In this document: piece after piece, positions 31,633 through 42,100 of the stretch
Layout of the letters: each line of letters opens with the position of its first letter
How positions within the stretch are numbered: the stretch's first letter is position 1
Origin: a virus
Lineage: Duplodnaviria; Caudoviricetes
Direction: 5' to 3' (one strand)
IMG/VR virus record: IMGVR_UViG_3300037067_006336
Location: 98,118-162,117 of that record
DNA: 64,000 nucleotides
The notes under the pieces: generated by a model
The model's input: only the letters and a program-made list of their open reading frames with translations
What the model was told of the DNA's origin: nothing
The model's database searches: none
Made by a program: the position numbers and the translations under genes

Positions 31633-34272
31633 ATGACAAAACAAGTACGAATCCCGGCAGGAACGCTGGGGTATTTCAAGGGTGATGACCTGGCAGCTAG
31701 CGTGTGGTACTCCAAGTACAGGACGGGTAACGAGATTACTCCTGACGACATGTTCGACAGGCATGCATCCGTGATAACTTCGAAATTGATCGATAGGTTA
31801 ACAGGTTCAAGAGATTTCAAGGATAGTGAAACATTCTCCAAACTATCACCAACCGGTAGGGAAATAATAGGGAACATGTGTGATCTGGTTAACTCCGGGG
31901 AGGAAGGAAGGTTGAAATTTTTCAATATGGTGAGGGATTTCGTGAACTTCGACAACATGGTTCCAGGGGGTTCTATGATGCAGGGACTCGGTAACACGGG
32001 GTTATTCACATCACTTTCAAACTGCTTCGTGGCTGGTCAACCACATGATTCGTACGCTGGTATAAACAAGAAAACCTCAGAGATAACCGAGCTCATGAAG
32101 AGACGCGGTGGTGCAGGCCTTGATTTGAGCACGATACGCCCCAGGGGTTCCAGGGTTAACAACCAGTCCGGTACGTCTAGTGGCCCGTGCTTGTTCGCCA
32201 ACCGTTACTCCAACATAACACTCGAGGTGGCGCAGGAGGGAAGACGCGGGGCGTTGATGCTCACGCTTGACATCAAACACCCGGACGCACGGGAGTTCAT
32301 CACCATGAAGCAGGACAAGACCAAGGTTACGGGGGCTAATATATCCGTGAAGATCGGTGATGATTTCATGAATGCCGTGGTAAACAACCAGACGTACTAC
32401 CACGTGTTCCCGTGTGATGTAAAGGTAGACACTTCCAACACCGGGTTCCAGGATGTAATGAATAAACCCCACGGGGAACTCGTCGTGTTCTACCCGTCGG
32501 AAGATTACCTTCACGATGTACCGGAAGGATGCAAGGCAGTGTACGTTAGGCCAGTAAATGCCAGGGAACTGTGGGATACCATCATACAGTGCGCGTGGAA
32601 CACTGCCGAACCAGGCATCATATTCCCTGGTAACTGGGAGAGGGGGGGAACGGATTACCACTACCCTCGTTACAGACCGGTGTCAACTAACCCGTGCTCG
32701 GAAATACCGATGCAAGCTTATGACAGTTGCAGGTTGTACGCGGTGAACATGTACAAGCTGGTCGATAACCCGTTCACACCTGGTTCCACGTTATCCATGG
32801 AAAGGAGTCGCAGGAATTTTTACCTCCAGGCTTTCATCGGGGACGTTATCATCGACATAGAGGTGGAACATATCAACAATATAATAAACAAGGTAAAAAC
32901 ATCAAGTGATCCTGTTGATCTGGTAGATTCTGAAGTAAAATTATGGGAGAACGTGTTGAGGGAAACCATCTCTGGTAGGCGTATGGGTTGTGGCTTCCTG
33001 GGGATGGCTGACATGCTGGCAGCACTAGGTGAGAAATACTCCAGTGTTGACACCATAAAGACAATATTCAAGGCAAAACTTGAATCAGAACTAGACGCTA
33101 CCGTGGACATGTCCATGATGTTCGGTATGTTCTGTGGTTTCGACCCATCACTAGAAAGGGAGGAATCAAACAAGGAAGGAACGTTCTTGAACATGCTGAG
33201 CAATAATTTCAGACCTAAATTTGAACGAATGATGGAACATGGTAGGCGGAACGTGTCGTGGTCAACAGGTGCCCCCACCGGGTCATTATCGCTCATGACC
33301 CAAACCACCCCAGGTATAGAACCGTTGTTTTTACCTTACTTTGAACGCAGGAAGAAATGCATACTAGCAACTGACAGGGTTGATTACATAGACCCGAATG
33401 ACGGTCAGAAATTCACCGTGTTCCTTGGTTTTCACGTTCCTTTCATCGACTGGGCCATAATGACACACGGCGTTAACCCGCGCGAGATATCCAGGAAAGA
33501 AGTAGATGAACTGTTCACTAGAAGCCCGTGGTACGGTCAACTTGCCGCTGATTTGAGCATTGAAGAACGTGTAAATGTCCAATCGGTTGTTCAATCACAC
33601 ACCACTCACGCCATATCATCCACCATAAACCTACCGGCAGATGTCAAACCATCCATAATATCCGATATTTACATGGAATCATGGAAGGCTGGTTTGAAAG
33701 GAAACACCGTGTACCGTGAAGGTTCCAGGGGTGGTGTCATCGTTAAGACAGGTTCCAACCTTGATACCAGTACAGGGAAGGGTAGACCCATCAACCTTGA
33801 TGCCCGTTACTACCGTTACAAGGACAAGGTTGTTATCATCGGGTTGGATTCCAACAACAAACCTTACGAGATATTCATACTATCTGCCGAAGATATCAAC
33901 GCACCGATCATATTCAACACCTACGATTACATAGATGGTTACATAACAAAGGAATCTAGTAACTTCTATTCTTTCACGGCGACAACGTTCGACATACCTG
34001 ACCTTGAATCCATACAGAACGGTGACAAGCAGTTATCCCTCTTATTGTCACAGATACTACGACACGGTATACCGATCGTGAAAGTAGTGAAGAACATAGA
34101 CAAGTGCGAGCCGATATCGGGTTCATTCTCTTACTTCTTGAAGAAAGTATTGACTACTTTCATCGAGAACGGCACCGAGAGCGGGGAGAAATGCCCGTCA
34201 TGCGGGGGTAAGATAGCGTACCAGGACGGGTGTAACACCTGTTTGAGCTGCGGGTTATCAACCAAATGCTAA
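31633..34272 (+). CDS. nrdJ: Class II (B12-dependent) ribonucleotide reductase
   Basis: SLSNCFV, RRGALM, ANISV, EPG, TNPCSE, APTG, SSTIN, C-terminal CPSCG..CLSCG. Confidence 0.92.
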   Translation: MTKQVRIPAGTLGYFKGDDLAASVWYSKYRTGNEITPDDMFDRHASVITSKLIDRLTGSRDFKDSETFSKLSPTGREIIGNMCDLVNSGEEGRLKFFNMVRDFVNFDNMVPGGSMMQGLGNTGLFTSLSNCFVAGQPHDSYAGINKKTSEITELMKRRGGAGLDLSTIRPRGSRVNNQSGTSSGPCLFANRYSNITLEVAQEGRRGALMLTLDIKHPDAREFITMKQDKTKVTGANISVKIGDDFMNAVVNNQTYYHVFPCDVKVDTSNTGFQDVMNKPHGELVVFYPSEDYLHDVPEGCKAVYVRPVNARELWDTIIQCAWNTAEPGIIFPGNWERGGTDYHYPRYRPVSTNPCSEIPMQAYDSCRLYAVNMYKLVDNPFTPGSTLSMERSRRNFYLQAFIGDVIIDIEVEHINNIINKVKTSSDPVDLVDSEVKLWENVLRETISGRRMGCGFLGMADMLAALGEKYSSVDTIKTIFKAKLESELDATVDMSMMFGMFCGFDPSLEREESNKEGTFLNMLSNNFRPKFERMMEHGRRNVSWSTGAPTGSLSLMTQTTPGIEPLFLPYFERRKKCILATDRVDYIDPNDGQKFTVFLGFHVPFIDWAIMTHGVNPREISRKEVDELFTRSPWYGQLAADLSIEERVNVQSVVQSHTTHAISSTINLPADVKPSIISDIYMESWKAGLKGNTVYREGSRGGVIVKTGSNLDTSTGKGRPINLDARYYRYKDKVVIIGLDSNNKPYEIFILSAEDINAPIIFNTYDYIDGYITKESSNFYSFTATTFDIPDLESIQNGDKQLSLLLSQILRHGIPIVKVVKNIDKCEPISGSFSYFLKKVLTTFIENGTESGEKCPSCGGKIAYQDGCNTCLSCGLSTKC

Positions 34273-34277
34273 CTGGG

Positions 34278-35387
34278 ATGAAAGTCAATAATAATTACTA
34301 CGATGCACCGTTGTTCCCCTACGAGTGGAACCTGGAGGATGCTGTTTTCAAGAAGGACAAGGGTAAGGTGTTCTCGTTCTTCTCGGGCGGGGGTGGCTCC
34401 ACCATGGGTTACGAGCTGGCGGGTTTCGACGTTATCGGGTGCAACGAGATAGACCCCAGACAGATGGAGTTATACGTGGCTAACCACCACCCCGTGCACG
34501 CTTACCTTGAACCTATCCAGGAGTTCATCAAGAGGGGTGACCTAGCTGCAGAATTGTACGACCTGGACATACTGGACGGTTCATTCCCGTGTACCACGTT
34601 CTCGATGTGCGGGAAGCGGGAGGAAGTGTGGGGGGTAGAGAGGAAGTACGCGGAGGGTAACTACAACCAGGTGCTCGATACCCTGGCCTTCGAGTTCATC
34701 AAGGCGATCGACAAGTTCCGCCCGAAGGTCATCATAGGGGAGAACGTCACCGGCTTGCTCATGGGGGATGCCGTGCATTACATCCGGCGCGTGCATCACG
34801 AGCTGGCGAGGATCGGTTACCTGTCGAACCACCACGTCGTGAGGGGGGAGGAACTAGGTTTACCCCAGAAGAGACACCGGGTCTTCATCACCGGCATACG
34901 CGAGGACCTGGCGGTTTCCTCGGGTTTGTGTGTGAAGAGCAGGTTCATAAGGCAGGTTCCACCTATTGATCTAACGTTCAACTGCAAGCCGGTAACGTAC
35001 GGGGAGATAGAGCGTGAAGACACGGGTGATACGTCATGCTTGATAAATGATGGGATACAAACACATAAATGGTGGGGATTGGCAATAATAAAAGGCAAAC
35101 AAATGTGTGATGTTCATCCCGCAGGTTATTTCAGTAACCCGCATATATGTTACCCTTCCGAACCAGTTTCAACCATTATGGCATCATCGTACATGTCCGG
35201 GAACCTAAATTACAGGGTTTGCAGGGGGTTGAACCGTGTGGAATTGTGCCTTGCATCATCGTGGCCACTTGATTACGATTTCAAATACCAGAAACACTCC
35301 CACGTGCTAGGCATGTCAGTACCACCCATCATGATGGCGAACGTTGCAACGAGGGTTCATGAACAGTGGTTGTCAAGGCTGAAGTAA
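34278..35387 (+). CDS. DNA cytosine-5 methyltransferase 1
   Basis: FSGGGG, DGSFPC, ENV, QKRHRVF, MSVPP. Confidence 0.92.
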   Translation: MKVNNNYYDAPLFPYEWNLEDAVFKKDKGKVFSFFSGGGGSTMGYELAGFDVIGCNEIDPRQMELYVANHHPVHAYLEPIQEFIKRGDLAAELYDLDILDGSFPCTTFSMCGKREEVWGVERKYAEGNYNQVLDTLAFEFIKAIDKFRPKVIIGENVTGLLMGDAVHYIRRVHHELARIGYLSNHHVVRGEELGLPQKRHRVFITGIREDLAVSSGLCVKSRFIRQVPPIDLTFNCKPVTYGEIEREDTGDTSCLINDGIQTHKWWGLAIIKGKQMCDVHPAGYFSNPHICYPSEPVSTIMASSYMSGNLNYRVCRGLNRVELCLASSWPLDYDFKYQKHSHVLGMSVPPIMMANVATRVHEQWLSRLK

Positions 35388-35615
35388 TTCTATTCACAGG
35401 ATATAATCAAAAATAATTAATCACATCATGATAATAATAACCGTAACCATCTCGATACTAGTGGTGTTAATTTTAATATTATCACTTTATGTATTCGTAT
35501 CAATGTAACATGTAACGTGGAGAGGTACTTGAACCTTGTTAACATAACACCTTCACAGTTCAAGTCTAGCTTGCACGAGTCAACAATGAAATCTTTAATC
35601 TTTAATTTACACAAT

Positions 35616-35987
35616 ATGAAAAAGTACATTGGAATTTCTATTCTATTGGTAGTGATCGCGCTGGTTGCCACCGGTTCAGTGGTATTTTACACCAACATGG
35701 GTCACATGAAGGAATACTTCGAGAACAAGAGCAAGAAGATGAAGCTCGCCAGTGATGAATCGGTTGACTCGCTCAACTCGGTAATAACATTCAAATGCAG
35801 GGAAATAGATTCCTTGCGAGTTGTCATAACATCCGATTCAGCAGCCATAGCGAACTCTGTGAAAGCCAACAAAGAGTTGAAACAAGTTGTCACGAACCTT
35901 AACAACGCAATAAACCACCAGAATACCATGGTGAAAACGTTGAGTGAACAGGTATCAAGGTTGACAAGTGAAACAGGTAAGAAATGA
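35616..35987 (+). CDS. Membrane-anchored coiled-coil protein (spanin-like candidate)
   Basis: MKKYIGISILLVVIALVATGSVVFY followed by a coiled coil. Confidence 0.4.
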   Translation: MKKYIGISILLVVIALVATGSVVFYTNMGHMKEYFENKSKKMKLASDESVDSLNSVITFKCREIDSLRVVITSDSAAIANSVKANKELKQVVTNLNNAINHQNTMVKTLSEQVSRLTSETGKK

Positions 35988-36024
35988 TACCAAATATATC
36001 AAAAGATGGAAAGCCAACAACTAA

Positions 36025-37155
36025 ATGAACAATAATTACTATGATGTCTCTTTGTTCCCCTACGAGTGGAACCTGGAGGATGCTGTTTTCAAGAAGGGTA
36101 AGGGGAGGGTGTTCTCCTTCTTCTCGGGCGGTGGTGGCTCCACCATGGGTTACAAGCTGGCGGGGTTCGACGTGATCGGGTGCAACGAGATAGACCCTAA
36201 ACAGATGTCACCGTATGTCACCAACCTTGATCCAAGATACCCCTACCTTGAACCTATCCAGGAGTTCATCAAGAGGGATGAGCTCCCAAGCGAGTTGTAC
36301 GACCTGGACATACTGGACGGTTCATTCCCGTGTACCACGTTCTCCATGTCCGGTAAACGAGAGGAAGTGTGGGGGGTAGAGAAGAAATACAAGGAGGGCA
36401 ACTACAACCAGGTGCTTGATACCCTCGCCTTCGAGTTCATAAAGGCGATCGACAAGTTCCGCCCGAAGGTCATCATAGGGGAGAACGTCACCGGCTTGCT
36501 CATGGGGGATGCCGTGCATTACATCCGGCGCATACACCACGAGCTGGCGAGGATCGGTTACCTGTCGAACCACCACGTCGTGAGGGGCGAGGAACTGGGG
36601 TTACCCCAGAAGAGACACCGGGTGTTCATCACCGGTATACGCGAGGACCTGACGGTTTCGTCAGGTTTGTGCGTGAAGAGCAAGTTCATCAGGCAGGTTC
36701 CCCAGCTTGATCTAACGTTCAACTGCAAGCCGGTTGTTTTCTCGGAAATTGATGATAAAAACGACGATAGCATCGTGATGTACGGGGATAGAAAGGGGAA
36801 ATTAATTACATCAGTTAAGAATGCAAAGGAATCAGGGTTCAATAAAGTATCGGAATACTTGAAATCAACAGGGAATAAATCATCGTTATTCTCATGGATT
36901 ATCGTTAAACACGATGAGGTTTTACCAACATTATGCACGTTACATGGAACCAGATATTTTGACAATTCTCTGGTGCATCCCGTGCATGACAGGTGCTTGA
37001 ACAAGCTGGAATTATCCAGGATGTCAAGTTGGCCACTGGATTACGATTTCAACGGTTTCTCCCCCGCGTACATGATGGCCATGTCAGTTCCTCCCATCAT
37101 GATGGCTAATGTTGCAACGAGGGTTCATGAACAATGGTTATCAAGGTTATCATGA
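36025..37155 (+). CDS. DNA cytosine-5 methyltransferase 2 (paralog with a different target recognition region)
   Basis: Same motifs; near-identical DNA to copy 1 outside 36735-37029. Confidence 0.92.
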   Translation: MNNNYYDVSLFPYEWNLEDAVFKKGKGRVFSFFSGGGGSTMGYKLAGFDVIGCNEIDPKQMSPYVTNLDPRYPYLEPIQEFIKRDELPSELYDLDILDGSFPCTTFSMSGKREEVWGVEKKYKEGNYNQVLDTLAFEFIKAIDKFRPKVIIGENVTGLLMGDAVHYIRRIHHELARIGYLSNHHVVRGEELGLPQKRHRVFITGIREDLTVSSGLCVKSKFIRQVPQLDLTFNCKPVVFSEIDDKNDDSIVMYGDRKGKLITSVKNAKESGFNKVSEYLKSTGNKSSLFSWIIVKHDEVLPTLCTLHGTRYFDNSLVHPVHDRCLNKLELSRMSSWPLDYDFNGFSPAYMMAMSVPPIMMANVATRVHEQWLSRLS

Positions 37156-37207
37156 TACGAGGGTAATTGCAATTTTACAGGATATAATGATACAATAATA
37201 AAACACC

Positions 37208-37666
37208 ATGAATATAAATGTAACCAACCTCCCATCGTTCAAGGTAACAATCATACCCTACACCGGGAGGAACAAGAACATGACAAACGATACGTTGGAT
37301 GCGTGGGTCGGTATAAATTATCATGATGCTTCCAGGGGTGGTAATGTCTTGTTACCAATATCTTACAGTGAATCTTTTGGTTGTGATGTACACGAATTAA
37401 CGAACACTTGTAACTGTTTTTTCTACAACCCGTTCGGTGATGTGTTCGCCAGGGTGTACGAATCCAGGATGGAAGTTCTTGATTTCATACCGGTGAATTG
37501 GTACAGGGTGTTACAAGTTGTGGCACTTACCGGTTACAAGTTTAAATACAAGCTAGAACCAGGTGATATCAACAAGTTATCAATACTTGGTGACGAAGAT
37601 TTAATAAATGCATGCAAGAAGGGGGATACAAGTCCACCCGTGGATGTCATTGTCAAACCAATTTAA
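37208..37666 (+). CDS. Hypothetical protein
   Basis: ORF 30 nt after CAGGATAT at 37178. Confidence 0.5.
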   Translation: MNINVTNLPSFKVTIIPYTGRNKNMTNDTLDAWVGINYHDASRGGNVLLPISYSESFGCDVHELTNTCNCFFYNPFGDVFARVYESRMEVLDFIPVNWYRVLQVVALTGYKFKYKLEPGDINKLSILGDEDLINACKKGDTSPPVDVIVKPI

Positions 37667-37672
37667 ATTGAA

Positions 37673-38143
37673 ATGAAGAAAATCAAATCAGTAACGAGCA
37701 TCTTATTATTTTTAACACTCGCGGTTTTACCCGTGAAGGAAACCCTGTCTTTTAAGATAACTGCCACTAACGACAGGATCAGCATAACAAGGTGGGACAT
37801 ACTGGTGGAAGCGATAGCCACCGTGGAGAGTGACAAGATGGAATACGCCGTCGGGGACTCGATGAACTGGGGATACCTCCAGATAATGCCGATCTACGTA
37901 AGGGAATGTAACAGGTTACTAGGACAGGAGAAATACACGATACTGGACGCGTTCGACAAGTACAAGTCAATAGAGATGTTCAACCTGTACCAGACATTCA
38001 AGAACCCTGCAAGGGACCCGTGGAAAGCGGCAAGGCTTCACAACCCAACCGCTGGGACATGGTACGCGAGCAGGGTAATGAAGGTTTACAACATGTTGCT
38101 CGTTAAGTACGCTGGTGATGACATTTACAGGATAGTAGGGTGA
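37673..38143 (+). CDS. Secreted lysozyme-like / lytic transglycosylase
   Basis: N-terminal signal peptide; AIATVES, GYLQI, ARLHN. Confidence 0.7.
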   Translation: MKKIKSVTSILLFLTLAVLPVKETLSFKITATNDRISITRWDILVEAIATVESDKMEYAVGDSMNWGYLQIMPIYVRECNRLLGQEKYTILDAFDKYKSIEMFNLYQTFKNPARDPWKAARLHNPTAGTWYASRVMKVYNMLLVKYAGDDIYRIVG

Positions 38144-38537
38144 AGCATATTTTAAAAACTTATGAATAAACATCCCAGGTGTATTAGTTTAGATTTTATA
38201 CCCGTCATACCTGTTAGTGAATGAGGGGCTAAAAGCCAAATGTTAATACAATAAATATATAATAAGTTGATTATAAGACGTAAAAGGTCGAAACGTTATA
38301 ATGCAAGATGAAATAAATGGCTGCGAATAACGAGCGAATAAAATAAATTGGCGAACCACACAGCGAATTTGCGAAGGATTACTATTATATAACTAATTAT
38401 GAAATTAAGAAGCGGAATAAAATACAGCTAAAATAAGCCATACGGGGCAAAGATGGAGAAGATATGTGCTGAATCTCACGGAATTCCCGTGTTTCAAAGC
38501 TACGAGGAACTTTGTTATCACTTTAAAATAAAGTAAG

Positions 38538-38849
38538 ATGGAAACAATACTAGACTTGGGCAACGAGGCATTCTTCCTCGCTAACGGCTTTTATAAAAAA
38601 GTCAGGACAAGTAAAAAAAAAAAAAATGATAAAGAAGACTACACGGATATAGTGTGTTATGACTACCCGATTACCGATGACATGAAAGTTGAAGTCGTGT
38701 ATTCATTCGACTGTTCAGGTGGTAATTACAATCATAATCGCACATCAGTAGTACTTGATTGCGTGCACACTTCATTCGACATGAAAGTTTCTTCTCAAGT
38801 TGAATTCATGGCGTACGTTGGAGTTCTTGAAATGATGTTTAAAAAATAA
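38538..38849 (+). CDS. Hypothetical protein containing a 14-A tract
   Basis: ORF; A14 at 38613-38626. Confidence 0.45.
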   Translation: METILDLGNEAFFLANGFYKKVRTSKKKKNDKEDYTDIVCYDYPITDDMKVEVVYSFDCSGGNYNHNRTSVVLDCVHTSFDMKVSSQVEFMAYVGVLEMMFKK

Positions 38850-38859
38850 TTCTCATATT

Positions 38860-39228
38860 ATGGTAATAGGATTTAAACAAAGGTTTATAAAACCAATTTT
38901 AGAAAAAACAAAAATACACACTTTTCGTGAAGACATTCCAGATAGGTGGAAAGAAGGAAAGAAAATGCACATGGCAACAGGTATACGATCTAAAAGATAT
39001 AATCAATTTTATTTAAGCACCTGCAAATCTACCCAACTAATTGAAATCATCTGTCCTTCTGACTATATGAATGAAACTATAGTAAAAGTTGATGGACGAG
39101 AACTAAATCAAGATGAACTTCGCCAATTAGCTTATAACGACGGTTTCGACAATCTAGTTGATTTCTGGATGTGGTTTACCGATGGATTTAATGGTAAAAT
39201 TATTCACTGGACTGATTTACGATATTAA
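38860..39228 (+). CDS. ASCH/PUA-like domain protein
   Basis: FKQRFIKPIL.KTKIHTFRE..LAYNDGF..F..WF. Confidence 0.55.
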   Translation: MVIGFKQRFIKPILEKTKIHTFREDIPDRWKEGKKMHMATGIRSKRYNQFYLSTCKSTQLIEIICPSDYMNETIVKVDGRELNQDELRQLAYNDGFDNLVDFWMWFTDGFNGKIIHWTDLRY

Positions 39229-39253
39229 AAATTACAAATATTAATTAATAGTT

Positions 39254-39718
39254 ATGGAACTAAAACTAGACAAGAATACAGCCAAGGAGCTGTATCCAAC
39301 CACGCCACAGTGGTTCCAGAGAGTGCTGAAGAATACCTTCGGCGAGGAGATAACTAGGAAACGCACGTTCGAAGATATCAAGACGTACGAGGATGCAGTG
39401 TATGAGATGCCAGTTGACAACGAGAACATCATCCATGACACCGACAACATGGACGTGGTGGCTTACAAGAAGTTAAAACACGTGTTGAAAGTGATAAACG
39501 ATGGGTGGATACCAGACTGGTCAGACAATAGGCAGCAAAAGTACTACCCATATTACACGGTTCTGCCTTCTGGTTCCGGTTTTTCGGATGCGAATTGCAG
39601 CTTTGCGAGCACGTTTACGTCTGTCGGCTCTCACCTTTGCACTGATAGCAGCGATAAGGCCATGCACATGGCAAATAACTTCAAGGAACTTTACGAGCAA
39701 TTTTTATTAATCAAATAA
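39254..39718 (+). CDS. DGR target protein 1 (VR1 at 39560-39640)
   Basis: VR differs from TR only at TR adenines; VGSHLC resembles the end of a C-type-lectin-fold VR. Confidence 0.88.
   Translation: MELKLDKNTAKELYPTTPQWFQRVLKNTFGEEITRKRTFEDIKTYEDAVYEMPVDNENIIHDTDNMDVVAYKKLKHVLKVINDGWIPDWSDNRQQKYYPYYTVLPSGSGFSDANCSFASTFTSVGSHLCTDSSDKAMHMANNFKELYEQFLLIK
39560..39640 (+). repeat. DGR variable region VR1
   Basis: 81 nt; 14 mismatches to TR, all at TR A positions. Confidence 0.95.
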
Positions 39719-39728
39719 CACAAGTGTA

Positions 39729-40130
39729 ATGACAAAAGTAAATCAAGGGTCGAAATTCGACTACACGACAATCAAAACATTCGATGATGCATGCGCCAAG
39801 CTTGGCATCAATCCAGAATCACTACCAGTGGTGGAAAACCTGCCTGACGAGTTCAAGAAACCCGTGGTAGCCGGGTACAAGCTCATGGTTATTTTCAAGG
39901 CCATCAACGACGTTTGGACACCAGACTGGTCAGATAGCGACCAATACAAGTACTATCCATGGTTCAGGGTTCTGCCTTCTGGTTCCGGTTTTTCGGATTC
40001 GGCTTTCTTCTGTGCGAACGCGCGTACGGTTGTCGGCTCTCGCCTTTGCACTTCCTCAAGTGAGAAGTCAATGTACATAGCCAGGACGTTCGAGCAGGAG
40101 TACAAGGATTACTTCTTGATCGAGCAATAA
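39729..40130 (+). CDS. DGR target protein 2 (VR2 at 39969-40049), paralog of target 1
   Basis: IKTFDDA, W.PDWSD..QYKYYP, VGSRLC. Confidence 0.88.
   Translation: MTKVNQGSKFDYTTIKTFDDACAKLGINPESLPVVENLPDEFKKPVVAGYKLMVIFKAINDVWTPDWSDSDQYKYYPWFRVLPSGSGFSDSAFFCANARTVVGSRLCTSSSEKSMYIARTFEQEYKDYFLIEQ
39969..40049 (+). repeat. DGR variable region VR2
   Basis: 81 nt; 18 mismatches to TR, all at TR A positions. Confidence 0.95.
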
Positions 40131-40163
40131 CGATCAACAGGGTAGTGCGCCGCGTTGCTGCCA

Positions 40164-40244
40164 GTTCTGCCTTCTGGTTCCAGTTTTTCGGATACGAATT
40201 ACAACTATACGAACACGAATACGAATGTCAGCTCTCACCTAAGC
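40164..40244 (+). ncRNA. DGR template region (TR)
   Basis: AAY/ACG-rich copy with 22 A; flanked by 8-bp inverted repeat TGCGCCGC (40146) / GCGGCGCA (40250). Confidence 0.95.
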
Positions 40245-40338
40245 TTATTGCGGCGCAGGCCTTACCACTTGGTAAAAAATAATACAATTTAACGGGGCGT
40301 TGGTAGCGTAAGCGAAGGCGACTTTTTAAAGCAAAAGA

Positions 40339-41589
40339 ATGAAAAGAACAGGTAACTTGTACTGGAGGATATGCAGTGTTGACAATCTCATCAAGGCAGA
40401 CTCTATAGCCCGCAAGGGTAAGTTGAAGCAACCGGGTGTTTTGCAGCACGACCGGGAGCGAGAGGCGAATATACAGGCGCTACACGTGATGCTGAGGGAC
40501 AAGACATACAAGACATCGGAATACACCACGTTCACCATCTTCGAACCCAAGGAACGGCTTATTTTCAGGTTGCCTTACTACCCAGACAGGATAACGCATC
40601 ACGCCGTGATGAACGTGCTAGAGCCAGTGTTCGTGTCTATATTCACTGCTGATACGTTCAGCTGTATCAAGAAACGAGGCATTCATGCCGCTGCCAATGC
40701 GGTTAAAGACGCATTGAAGGATGCTACAGCCACTACGTATTGCTTGAAACTCGATATAAAGAAGTTTTACCCAAGCGTTGACCACGAAGTGCTCAAGCAG
40801 TTGCTACGCCGCAAGTTCAAGGATAATGATCTACTGTGGCTACTCGACGAGATAATAGACAGCACGGATGGACTACCGATAGGCAATTACCTGAGCCAGT
40901 ACCTGGCTAACTTCTACCTCACGTACTTCGATCACTGGTTGAAGGAGACAAAACACGTCAAGTACTACTTACGTTACGCCGACGACATGGTGATACTATC
41001 TGGAGACAAGCAATACTTGCACGATCTTTTAAAAGATATAAAACAATATTTAAACGACAACCTCAAGCTTACCGTGAAGGGTAACCACCAGGTGTTCCCT
41101 GTCGATGATAGGGGCATCGACTTCGTTGGTTACGTGTTCAGGCACACCCACGTGCTGCTAAGGAAGAGTATAAAAAAGGACTTCGCCAGGATGATGGTGG
41201 GCAACAAGAACAGGCAATCGATGGCCTCCTACTACGGTTGGCTTGCTCACTGCAACAGCTACAACCTACTAAAGAAATTCGACATGATTGATTTTAAAGA
41301 ATTGAAGATAAAAGCCCCCGACAAAGGTTTCGAGGGCGACAAGATAAAGATGCAGCGGCTGGTGAACCGCCAGATAATAGTTCACAAGTACAAGATAGAG
41401 GACTCTAAAGTTTACAAGGACAGGGGAACGGGCAAGTGCCTGCAGCTGCAGGTGTCGCTAAACGGCGAGAAGCACGTGGTGTTCACATCAGCGTCTGGTC
41501 TCATCGACGTGATAACGCAGATAGAAGAGGCAAATTTCCCGTTCCAGACTACTATAGTGAAAGAGGGAGAGAGATTTTTATTCACATGA
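40339..41589 (+). CDS. DGR reverse transcriptase with about 100-aa C-terminal extension
   Basis: KLDIKKFYPS, GLPIGNYLSQ, RYADD, IDFVGY. Confidence 0.95.
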   Translation: MKRTGNLYWRICSVDNLIKADSIARKGKLKQPGVLQHDREREANIQALHVMLRDKTYKTSEYTTFTIFEPKERLIFRLPYYPDRITHHAVMNVLEPVFVSIFTADTFSCIKKRGIHAAANAVKDALKDATATTYCLKLDIKKFYPSVDHEVLKQLLRRKFKDNDLLWLLDEIIDSTDGLPIGNYLSQYLANFYLTYFDHWLKETKHVKYYLRYADDMVILSGDKQYLHDLLKDIKQYLNDNLKLTVKGNHQVFPVDDRGIDFVGYVFRHTHVLLRKSIKKDFARMMVGNKNRQSMASYYGWLAHCNSYNLLKKFDMIDFKELKIKAPDKGFEGDKIKMQRLVNRQIIVHKYKIEDSKVYKDRGTGKCLQLQVSLNGEKHVVFTSASGLIDVITQIEEANFPFQTTIVKEGERFLFT

Positions 41590-42100
41590 AAAAGTTAGTA
41601 AAAATAGCAATTGTTGCTCCTTATGCATTGTTGCTAATTCTTTCTAAAGGTCTTGAGTATGCTCATTTATTTTTTTATGATGTAATTTCCAAAATTCCAA
41701 AAAACACAATTATAATACCAAATGTAATATTAATACACACATTTAGCATTATAATTGTGTTACAAGTTAATAATTCATAGTTAATGAACCATCACCCACG
41801 TTAATGTTTTTAATAATGATACCAGGGAAAATTTACGTGGTCGTTTCGATGTAATACCCACTCATTTAACGGTGAAATATTATTACTACATGTTATTTAT
41901 GGGAGAAATGTATTACATGTTAACGTGAGACGGTAAAGAAGAACCAGTTCATACATCCTTAGGTTTGAACAACGAGAAGTAAGCAAGGAATGAAGCCGTG
42001 AATATATTATCTTCACAACCTTATAATATGGTGATTGATCCTGACACGATTAAATTCGAGTGGGATTACACTTTGTAAAATCAAATAATTATAACATATC

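Larger units (their letters stand above)
39254..41589 (+). mobile_element. Diversity-generating retroelement (two targets, TR, RT; no avd recognised)
   Basis: Order VR1-VR2-TR-RT with adenine-specific divergence. Confidence 0.93.

Noticed and set aside
40339-41589. Group II intron, retron or CRISPR-associated RT
   Set aside because: The adjacent TR/VR set with A-only mismatches and the GNYLSQ motif identify a DGR.
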